Source: an uncultured Acidobacteriota bacterium (GTDB lineage: Bacteria > Acidobacteriota > Thermoanaerobaculia > Multivoradales > UBA5704). Taken from it: a DNA stretch of 64,000 nt. The stretch is from contig CAVYRF010000001.1 of assembly GCA_963770895.1 (NCBI GenBank), positions 1,568,001-1,632,000 of the forward strand, given 5' to 3'. Below, in pieces: positions 17,036-36,700 of this stretch (its first letter is position 1; each line of letters begins with the position of its first letter). The notes beneath the pieces were generated by a model. It did not search any database and was not told the origin of the DNA. It saw only the letters and a program-made list of their open reading frames with translations. The translations under genes were made by a program, and so were the position numbers.

Positions 17036-17682
17036 CCGCGATCCGTGCCGCCGCCGCTGCCGCCGCGGCATTGCTGGGAGTCGCCGCCCCGGCCCTCGGC
17101 GTCGCCGAGCCGGCGGCGGCGACTCCCGTCGCGGCAGCCCAGGTCTCGCCGTCGCCCCCGCCCGCCGCCGCGAGCGCGCCGGCCATCCCGGACGTCGAGG
17201 TCCGCGACCAGGATGGCCGCAAGTGGAGCTTCGCCAGCGATCTGCTGCGTGGCCGCACGGCGGTGATCAGCTTCATCTACACCAGCTGCACCGCGACCTG
17301 CCCGCTCGTCGGCCGCGTCTTCGCGGAGCTGCAGGAGGCGCTCGTCCAGGCCGGCCGGGACGACGTGGTGTTGCTCTCCTTGTCCCGCGATCCGGAGACC
17401 GACACGCCGGAACGCCTCGCGCAGTGGGGGAGGCGCTTCGGCGCGCGGCCCGATGCACGGCCCGGCTGGCTGCTGCTCTCCGCCGACAAGGTCGCCATGG
17501 ACGACCTGCTGCTGGCCCTGACCGGCGATCCGGCGCGCCGCGGCGCACACTCCGCCGCGGTGCTCATCATCGACCTGGACCGGGGGATCTGGAGGCGCGA
17601 GAGCGGCCTGGCCGCCACCGCCTATTACCTCGGCATCCTGGACGACATCCGCCCACCAGCGCCCGCCGCCAGCCGCCGGTAG
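17032..17682 (+). CDS. SCO/SenC family copper chaperone
   Basis: ATGA overlap with the oxidase stop; signal peptide; DQDG, FIYTSCTATCP (CxxxC), DPETDTPE, distal His in GAHSA. Confidence 0.88.
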   Translation: MTAIRAAAAAAAALLGVAAPALGVAEPAAATPVAAAQVSPSPPPAAASAPAIPDVEVRDQDGRKWSFASDLLRGRTAVISFIYTSCTATCPLVGRVFAELQEALVQAGRDDVVLLSLSRDPETDTPERLAQWGRRFGARPDARPGWLLLSADKVAMDDLLLALTGDPARRGAHSAAVLIIDLDRGIWRRESGLAATAYYLGILDDIRPPAPAASRR

Positions 17683-17725
17683 CGCCAGCAAGGGTGCGCC
17701 GGATGGGGACGCTGGCTGGGTTGAT

Positions 17726-18955
17726 TCACGGCAGGCTGCTTTGCCGTTGCACTTGTGCGTAGGCTCGCAGGGTTGCTTGCGTCATCGCCGCGCGGCTGCG
17801 CTGGCGGGCTCGCAGCCGGCCGCCGGCGGCCAGGCGGCGCGCCAGGTCGGGGGCGCGCAGCACGCGCAGCTGGGCCGCGGCCAGGGCGGCCTCGTCGACT
17901 TCGCGACGGCTGCCGGCGCCGGCCTGGCGCACCGGCACGAGCAGCCCCGAGACGCCGTCTTCGACCAGCTCGGGCAGGCCGCCGGCGTGCGTCGCGATCA
18001 CCGGCACGCCGAACTGCATGGCTTCCAGGGCGGCATAGCCGAACGGCTCCCAGATCGACGGCACGAGGGCCAGGCTGGCGCGCGCGTAGAACCGCGGCAG
18101 CTCGCGGCGGTCGATGCGGCCGCAAAATAGGATCCGGCCGGCGACGTCGGGCGCGGCGCGGCGGATGGCGTCCAGGGTTTCCTGGTAGCTGGGATCGGCC
18201 CAGCCGGCGATGCCATAGAACGCTTCCGGGATGGCGCGCAGCACCGGCACGGCGGAACGCAGCAGCGCCTCGATCCCTTTCATTGCCGCGAGCCGTCCGG
18301 CGAAGCCGATCATCGGTCCTGCCGGCGGCAGGGCAGCCTGCCAGGCGGCGGGCGCCCCGGCCGAGGCCGGCGGTGGAATCGGATCGCAACCGTTCCAGAT
18401 GCGGATCACCCGCGCCGGCTCCCGCGGGTGGCGGTCCAGGATGAGGCCGCGCATGGCGTCGCTCACCGTGATGACGGTGTCGGTGTCGCGGCACATGCGG
18501 GCCTCCATGTCGCGGATGGTGTCCGAGACCGGGTCGCCCCAGTAGTCCGCCAGCGGATGGTTGAGGAAGTGGACGGTCGCCACCAGGGGCGCCGCCAGCC
18601 GGCCGCGCAGGCGGGTCCCCGCCTGGATTCCCATCCAATCGTGAACGTGGATGACGTCGGGCCTTGCTCGTCGCCGCTCGTAGTGGAGCAGGGCGGCGTC
18701 GGCAAGCTGGTCGTTGAACGCGGCGAGCGCCTGGGCGGGAGTCTGCGCGCCGCCGGCCGGGCGCGGGGTGAGGAAGCGGGCGGTGACGCCGTCGCGTTCG
18801 ATCAGGTCGTCGACGCCGCGGCGGAACACGAAGACGGCGACCTCGGCGCCCGCCCGCGCCAGCCCGGCCGCCAGCTCGCCGGTATGGGTGCCCAGGCCTC
18901 CCACCAGGTGAGGTGGGAACTCGGCGCAGACGATCAGCACCCGCAGCGGCGTCAT
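17726..18955 (-). CDS. Glycosyltransferase family 4 (GT-B)
   Basis: MTPLRVLIVCAEFPPHLVGGLGTH; PDVIHVHDW; FAGRLAAMKG; VPSIWEPFGYAALEAM (EX7E). ATGA overlap with the upstream gene. Confidence 0.92.
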   Translation of the reverse strand: MTPLRVLIVCAEFPPHLVGGLGTHTGELAAGLARAGAEVAVFVFRRGVDDLIERDGVTARFLTPRPAGGAQTPAQALAAFNDQLADAALLHYERRRARPDVIHVHDWMGIQAGTRLRGRLAAPLVATVHFLNHPLADYWGDPVSDTIRDMEARMCRDTDTVITVSDAMRGLILDRHPREPARVIRIWNGCDPIPPPASAGAPAAWQAALPPAGPMIGFAGRLAAMKGIEALLRSAVPVLRAIPEAFYGIAGWADPSYQETLDAIRRAAPDVAGRILFCGRIDRRELPRFYARASLALVPSIWEPFGYAALEAMQFGVPVIATHAGGLPELVEDGVSGLLVPVRQAGAGSRREVDEAALAAAQLRVLRAPDLARRLAAGGRLRARQRSRAAMTQATLRAYAQVQRQSSLP

Positions 18956-19938
18956 CGTCCGGCGCCTCCGCCGCAGCGCGCCAGGATCCGCCGCCACGAA
19001 TCGATCAGGTGCCGTTCCTGACGTTCGCAGCTGAACTCGGCCGCCGCTCGCCGCCCTTCCTGGACGTTCGCCTGCCAGCGCTCCAGGCGGTCGGGGTACG
19101 ATTCCATGATCGACTCGACGTGCTGTGCCATGGCGACGATATTGCTGTGCTCGAAGCGATACGCGGGCGGCAGGATCTCCGCCAGCGGCCCATTGGGATG
19201 GGCGACCACCAGGGTGCCGCAGGCCATGGCCTCCAGCGGCATCCGCGCCAGGCCCTCGGCGACGCTCAGGAAGACGAACAGCAGCGACTCGCGCAGGATG
19301 CGCGCGGCTTCGGCCTCCGAGCGGTCTTCCAGGAAGATCCATTCGAAGGCGCGGCCCCGGTTGAGGCCCGCGGCGGCGCGCGCCTGCAGCGTGTGAAACA
19401 GCGCCAGCAGCGATTCCGGCGCCTTGCGCATGCAGGAGATGACGGGGCGCTTGGCGGCCAGCGGCACGTACGAGTAGAGGTCGGGCCGGATGTCCGGGTA
19501 CTCGCGTTCGACGACCAGGTTGGGAAAGGCGTACTGGAGATGCGCGCGGTTGTGCTCCGACACGGCGAAGGCGGCGACGACGCCGGGCGACTGATAGGGA
19601 TAGGCGGCGGGGACCGCTTCGCCGAAGCAGCGAAAGCCGTAGAAAAGGTTTTTGTTGAAGATCACCTGGCGGCCCGGAAAGTCGCTCATGAAGGTGCCGA
19701 GGTCCTCCGGCAGCACCACGAAGTCGCGCTCGGCGTCCACCTGCCGGCGGTATTCCGAGACATCGACCACCCGCGTGTCGTTGTCGAACCAGGTGAGCCG
19801 GAAGCCATCCACCGGGTGAAAGACCGCGGCATCGAAGCCGTGCCGGTTGAGGATGTCGACGTGACGGTAGGTGTGACGCTGGCCGCCGCGCGGCAGGTTG
19901 TGGTCGTAGCAGAAGTAGTAGATCCGTTCAGCCGCCAT
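18952..19938 (-). CDS. GT-B glycosyltransferase-like protein
   Basis: N-terminal IYYFCYDHNLPRGGQRHTYRHV; DFVVLPE; VSEHN; C-terminal EGLARMPLEAMACG (EX7E). Confidence 0.82.
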   Translation of the reverse strand: MAAERIYYFCYDHNLPRGGQRHTYRHVDILNRHGFDAAVFHPVDGFRLTWFDNDTRVVDVSEYRRQVDAERDFVVLPEDLGTFMSDFPGRQVIFNKNLFYGFRCFGEAVPAAYPYQSPGVVAAFAVSEHNRAHLQYAFPNLVVEREYPDIRPDLYSYVPLAAKRPVISCMRKAPESLLALFHTLQARAAAGLNRGRAFEWIFLEDRSEAEAARILRESLLFVFLSVAEGLARMPLEAMACGTLVVAHPNGPLAEILPPAYRFEHSNIVAMAQHVESIMESYPDRLERWQANVQEGRRAAAEFSCERQERHLIDSWRRILARCGGGAGR

Positions 19939-20473
19939 GTCCGTCGCCTCCGCCGGCCGCAAGCAGCGCGTCGACGCGCCGCAGCAGCTCCCGGTTCACC
20001 GCCTCGCCGCAGCCGTCGAAGGATTCGCGCTCCCGGCTGCCCGCGTAGCCAAGGTCGCGCAGCCCTTCGCGGCTGGTGTAGAACGCGCACAGGGCGAGCA
20101 GGCGCAGCCCCGCCAGCATGCGGATTCCGGGTCCCAGCCCGGCCGCCGGCGCGTCGGGCCCGGCGTCAGGCCACGCCAGGGCGTCGAGCATGGCGCGCTG
20201 CCGGTCGCGGCAGGCGTCCACGAAGCTGGTGCCCGCGCGCCGCCGCATCGCGGCGTCGAGCCAGGCCAGGCCGCCGCGGATCGTGGTGTCGAAGCCGCCG
20301 CCGATCTGCGCCAGCAGCCAGCGCGGGATGAACGCTTCGTGGCGCGCCAGGTAGTCGACGAACTCGGCGACGCCGGCGGCGATGCCGCCGCCGGAGCGCT
20401 CGTCGGCTGGCAGGAGCCATTCGGACAGCGCCTCGACCGTCCGCCGCTCGTGCTCGGAGAGCGGTCCCGCCAT
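19928..20473 (-). CDS. Gluconate 2-dehydrogenase subunit 3 family protein (GMC partner subunit)
   Basis: TVEALSEWLLPADERSGGGIAAGVAEFVD; GGLAWLD; AFYTSREGLRDLGYAG. TGATG overlap with the GMC gene. Confidence 0.85.
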   Translation of the reverse strand: MAGPLSEHERRTVEALSEWLLPADERSGGGIAAGVAEFVDYLARHEAFIPRWLLAQIGGGFDTTIRGGLAWLDAAMRRRAGTSFVDACRDRQRAMLDALAWPDAGPDAPAAGLGPGIRMLAGLRLLALCAFYTSREGLRDLGYAGSRERESFDGCGEAVNRELLRRVDALLAAGGGDGHGG

Positions 20474-22218
20474 CAGCGCGCGCCCCCGGCGCGCAGCGCC
20501 GCGAGCAGGTGGTCCGCCGTTCTCCAGGCCAGGGCCAGGATGGTGAGGGTCGGATTCTTCTCGGGATTGCTGGGGAAGACGGCGCCGTCGGCGATCCAGA
20601 GGTTGGCGACGTCGTGGGCGCGGCCGCTCGCGTCCACCACCGAGTCGCCCGGATCGGCGCCCATGCGGGCCGTGCCCAGCTCGTGGACGTTGCCCCCCGG
20701 CGGCATCAGCTCGCCATTGGCGGGATCGCCCACCGCGGTGGTGCCGCCGAGCGCCGACACCACGTCGTGGAGGGTCTTTCTCATGTGGGCTTCCATGGCC
20801 CGTTCCTCGGCGCCCCAGCGCCAGTGGAAGCGGAGCACCGGGATGCCCCAGGCGTCCACCTGGTCCGGGTCGAGGTCGCAGTAGGTTCCGGCGTTGGCGA
20901 CCATCTCGCCGCGCGTCGACAGGAAGATGCGCGAGCCCCAGGTCTCCCGAAAGCGCCGCTTGAGATCGCTGCCGTAGCCCGCGAGCCCGCGCGCCCGCGC
21001 GGCGATCAGCTCGCAGTTGGGCAGGCTGGGGCCGCCGCCCAGCTCGATGTGGTAGCCGCGCGGGAACGGCAGCCGGCGCTGCGCCTGGTGCAGCCACCAG
21101 GGGCAGAACATGTGCAGCGCGCCCGTCCCCTCGTGGTCGTGCGGCGCCAGCCCGGCCAGCGCCGGGATCTGGGCGCGCAGCGACAGGCCCGCGGTGTCGG
21201 TGAGGTTGCGGCCCACCTGCCCGCTCGAGTTGGCGAGGCCGTCGGGAAAGCTCCGCGACTTCGAATTGAGCAGCAGCCGCGCCGTCTCGCAAGCGCTTGC
21301 CGCCAAGACCGCCGTGCCGCAACGGATGCGCCGCTCCTCGCGGCTGGCGCGATCGACGTAGAGGATGGCCCGCACCCGGCCGTCCTCGCCGGTTTCCACC
21401 TCGCGCGCCATGGCGTTGGGAACCAGCGTCAGACTGCCGGTTGCGAGCGCCGGCTCGATCAGCACGCGGGTGGCGGTGAAGGTCGATCCGCGCACGGCGT
21501 CGCATTCCATGCGCCCGCAGTAGTGGGAGGCCGGACGGCCGTTGAGCGGCCGCGTCAGGGTGGCGAGCCGGGCGGGGATGCACGGGATGCCGAGCCGCCG
21601 GCAGGCGCGCTGAATCATCAGGTCGACGCAGCGCGGCGCCGGCGGCGGCAGGAAGATGCCGTCCGGCGCGCTCTCCAGCCCCTCGCGGGTGCCGAAGACG
21701 CCGATCAGGCGTTCCACCCGGTCGTAGTAGGCGGCAAGCTCCCGGTAGGCGATCGGCCAGTCGGCGCCGTGGCCGTCGCGGCTCCTGCCGTCCAGGTCGT
21801 AGGCGGAGAAGCGCGGCGAAATGCGGCCGTAGAAGTTGGTGCGGCCGCCCACCCCCCGCGCCCGGCACCAGACGAACCCCGGCGATCCGGGAGCGGTCGC
21901 GTACGGCTCGGCGTCGCTCCATTTGAAGAGCGGCTGGTCCGCGTCGCCGTGGCGCGCGGCGGCGATCCCCAACCCGCGGTCCTCCGACTCGTGGGGCCAG
22001 TCGTGACGACTGGTTGCCGGCAGCACGCCGGCGGGGCCGGCCTCGAGCAGCGCGGTGCGGACGCCGGCGTCGGCCAGAACCTTGGCCGCCATGCCGCCGC
22101 CGGCGCCGGCCCCGACGATGACGACGTCGTAGAACGGGACGCCGGACGGCGCCTCCCCTGCGCTGCCTGGGGAGGGGGAGGGGCCCGTTCTAGGTGTTGC
22201 GGTGAAAATAGAAGTCAT
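20473..22218 (-). CDS. GMC-family FAD oxidoreductase (glycoside 3-dehydrogenase-like); start uncertain
   Basis: YDVVIVGAGAGGG (FAD binding), GVGGRTNFYGR, DWPIAY, ETARLLLNS, GLANSSGQVGRNL, HELGTARMG, KNPTLTILALA. Confidence 0.88.
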   Translation of the reverse strand: MTSIFTATPRTGPSPSPGSAGEAPSGVPFYDVVIVGAGAGGGMAAKVLADAGVRTALLEAGPAGVLPATSRHDWPHESEDRGLGIAAARHGDADQPLFKWSDAEPYATAPGSPGFVWCRARGVGGRTNFYGRISPRFSAYDLDGRSRDGHGADWPIAYRELAAYYDRVERLIGVFGTREGLESAPDGIFLPPPAPRCVDLMIQRACRRLGIPCIPARLATLTRPLNGRPASHYCGRMECDAVRGSTFTATRVLIEPALATGSLTLVPNAMAREVETGEDGRVRAILYVDRASREERRIRCGTAVLAASACETARLLLNSKSRSFPDGLANSSGQVGRNLTDTAGLSLRAQIPALAGLAPHDHEGTGALHMFCPWWLHQAQRRLPFPRGYHIELGGGPSLPNCELIAARARGLAGYGSDLKRRFRETWGSRIFLSTRGEMVANAGTYCDLDPDQVDAWGIPVLRFHWRWGAEERAMEAHMRKTLHDVVSALGGTTAVGDPANGELMPPGGNVHELGTARMGADPGDSVVDASGRAHDVANLWIADGAVFPSNPEKNPTLTILALAWRTADHLLAALRAGGAR

Positions 22219-22528
22219 AGCGGCCGCTGATCTCGTAGGTGACGCCGCCCGGGAATGCGGTGCCCTTGTAGGAGCCCTCGCCGAGGATGCCTTGCGCCTC
22301 GCCGGTGCCGCCGCTGAAGCGCCAGGTCCCCTGCGAGGAGTGGAGCGTGCCCTCGACCTCGTATTCGACGCCCTCGAAGCTGATGCGCATCGTGCCGCGC
22401 CGGGAGGATGGCTCTGCGGCGGCGGCGGCGGCCGCGACGCTCGCATCGGTTTCCGCGCCGGCGGGCGGCAGCGGGGAGAAGCCGTTGATCGTGACGGTGA
22501 GCTGGTTTGCGATCTGGTGATCTTTCAT
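22190..22528 (-). CDS. Small hypothetical protein (112 aa) with a beta-barrel-like C-terminus
   Basis: GAGG RBS, ATG at 22528. C-terminal GTWRFSGGTGEAQGILGEGSY resembles the 'GGTG..G..G.G' motif of allene-oxide-cyclase/dirigent/DUF3224-like barrels. Confidence 0.6.
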   Translation of the reverse strand: MKDHQIANQLTVTINGFSPLPPAGAETDASVAAAAAAAEPSSRRGTMRISFEGVEYEVEGTLHSSQGTWRFSGGTGEAQGILGEGSYKGTAFPGGVTYEISGRYDFYFHRNT

Positions 22529-22548
22529 CGGTCGCCTCGAAGTTGCGG

Positions 22549-33762
<11,214 letters not shown>

Positions 33763-33766
33763 GCTG

Positions 33767-36700
33767 TCACTCCTCGGGAGCGCCGGCGGGCGCGGTCACC
33801 GGCCGCCGCCTGCTGGTGCCCAGCCTGCCGCGCGCGGCCTCGGCGTAGCGCCGCCGCTCGTGGCCGGCGAGCGCCGTGGCGGCGACTTCGCCGATGGGTG
33901 CGTCCTGCCAGGCGGGCAACCCGTCACAGACCGCCGCCAGCGCATCGAGCAGCAGCGCGGCGTGCTCGGCGTCGAAGCGGTCCTCGTCGTAGCGGATGAA
34001 GCAGTCGAGCTCGCCGCGGGCGCGCACCGTGAGCACCAGCGGGTAGCTCTCGGTGAGCCGCAGCTCCACCTCGCCGATGCGCAGCCCCGCGACCGTGGCA
34101 GCGACGGCCTGGTCCAGCGGGTAGTTCTCGAAAACGAAGAGGGTCTCGAAGAGCGGCTCGCCCGCGGGCACCTCGCTCCACGAGCGCACGCGGGGCAGCG
34201 GCGCGTGCTCGTGCCGCCGCATCTCCACCTGCTCGGCCTGGAGCCGTGCCAGCCAGGCCATCAGCGGTTCGTCGCCCGCCACCGCGACCCTCACCGGCAG
34301 GGTGTTGATGAACAGGCCCACCATCCGGTCGCTGCCCGGCAGCTCGGCCGGGCGCCCCGCGACGACGGTGCCGAAGAGCACCTCGCGGCGCTCCATGAAG
34401 TGGGCGAGAACCAGCGCCCAGGCGCCCTGCACCAGGGTGTTGAGCGTCAGCTGGCGTTCCCGGCCCAGGCGCGCCAGCCGCTCGACGGCGCCGATGTCGA
34501 TGCGGCGCTCCTGCTTGCGGTGGCTGGCGCCCGCCGCGGGTCGTCCGGCGGCGGGAGCGCGGTCGAAGCGCAGCCGGCCGCGGGCGTGCCACCCCGCCAG
34601 CCGGCGGCGCCAGTAGCGTTCGGCCGCGCCCAGGTCGCGCCGACGCAGCCAGTCGACGTAGCCGCGAAACGGCGGCGCCGGCGCCGCCTGCAATCCGCTG
34701 CCCTCCAACGCCGCCGCGTAGCCGGTGAAGACGTCGGCGAGGACCAGACCGTTCGACCAACCGTCGAGGATCAGGTGGTGGCTGGTCCAGACCAGGCGCC
34801 AGGCGTCGCCGGCCGTGCGCACCAGGTGGAGCCGCAACAGCGGCGCCGCCGCCAGGTCGAAGCCCCGCACCCGGTCGTCGGCGAGCAGGCGCTCCCAGCG
34901 GCCGGCCAGTTGCGCGGCGTCCAGGCCGCGCCAATCGTGGCTCGCCAGCGGCACGGTCGCCTGGTGGTGGACCCGCTGCAGCGGCTCGCCCGCGCCGCTC
35001 CAGTCGAACGCGGTGCGCAGCGCCGGGTGGCGCGCCACGGCGCCCTGCCAGGCCCGCGTCAGGGCCTGCACGTCGAGCGCCCCGTCGATGCTGCAGGTGA
35101 GCTGCACGACGTAGAGGCCGGGCTCGCCGCGGTGCAGCACCTCGAACAGGACGCCCTGTTGCAGCGGCGAAAGTGCGTAGGCGTCCTCGCTCTCCGCTCC
35201 CTCCACCCAGCCGCCGCGCGGCGCCGCGTCGGGCCGGCTCGCCTCGGCCAGCCGCCGCAGCTCGCCGACGAAGCCCGCGGCCAGCGCCGCGACCGTCGAG
35301 CGGTCGTACAGGTTGCGGCTGAACGCCCAGGCCGCCCGCAGGCGCCCGCCGGCGACGCGGGCGTTGACCTGGAAGAGGTGGGTGAGCCGGCCGCGCTCGT
35401 CCTGCGGCGAGCCGATCGGCTCGTCCGCGAGGTCGAACAGGGGTGCCTCGCCCAGCGCCCGGTCGAGCTGTCCCAGGTAGTTGAAGCTCACCTGCGCCGG
35501 CGGGCGCTCGCGCAGCGCGGCTGCCACGTCGCTGTGCGGCCGGCCGTAGCGCAGCAGACCGTAGCCCAGGCCCTGGCGCGGCAGCCGGCGCAGCGACTCC
35601 CGGACGGCGCGCACGGCGTCCAGGGCATCTCCGGCCGCTGGCAGGTCGAGCGCCAGCGGCGCCCGCACGGTGAACCAGCCGACCGTGCGCGAGACGTCCA
35701 TCCCGTCGAGGTCGGCGCGGCCGTGCCATTCGCGGTCGACCACCAGCGTGCGCTCGCCCGTCCAGGCGGCGAAGGCGCGGGCGAGCGCGGCCAGCAGCAC
35801 GGCGTCGATCGCGCCGTCCCAGGTCTCGGCGGCGCCGCGCAGCAGGGCGGCGGTCTCGTCGGCGGCAAGCTCGGTTTCGACCGTCTCGCCGCCGGCCACG
35901 CGGTCGTCGCCGCCGGGATGGTCGACCGGCAGCGGGCGCACCGCCCGGCCGCTTTCCCCCAGCCAGTAGGTCATCTCCGCCGTCACCGCGGGCGACCCGG
36001 CGTGGCGGGCGAGCGTTTCGGCCCAGGCGCGGAAGGAGGCGGTCTTCGCCGCGAGACGCGCCGGCGCGCCGCCCAGGAGCTGGCGGCAGGCCGTCTGCAG
36101 GTCGTCGAGCAGGACGCGCCACGACACCCCGTCCACCGCCAGGTGATGCACGGCCACCATCAGGCGCCGGCCGCGCGCGCCGAGGTCGAATGCGGCGGCG
36201 CGCAGGAGCGGCCCGCGGCCGAGGTCGAGGCTCGCCTGGACGGCGCGGGCGCACGCCGTGAGCGCCCGGCCCTGCCGCGCCTCGCCCAGCCCGGCCAGGT
36301 CGATCTCGCACAGCGCGGCGCGTTCGCCCGCCGGCGCATGGGCCTGCCGCCAGCCCGCCGCGCCGGGCGCGAAGCGCAGGCGCAGGGCGTCGTGGTGTGC
36401 CAGCAGGTGGTCGAGCCCCCGGCGCAGCACCGCGGCGCCCACCGGCGCCGCCAGGCGCAGCAGCACAGCCTGGTTCCAGTGGCTGGGGTTGGGCGGCGCG
36501 GTGTCGAAAAACCAGCACTGGACAGGCGTCAGCGGCACCGGCCCCTGGACGGCTCCCTGCTCGGCGGCGGCGGCCGGCGTGGCGGCGCTGCCGGTGACAG
36601 CCGCATTGGCGGCCATGGCGGCGAGCGCCGCGACGGTGGGGCTGTGGAACAGGTCTCCGGGCGTCAGCAGGATCCCCGCCTGGCGGGCACGCGCGACGAT

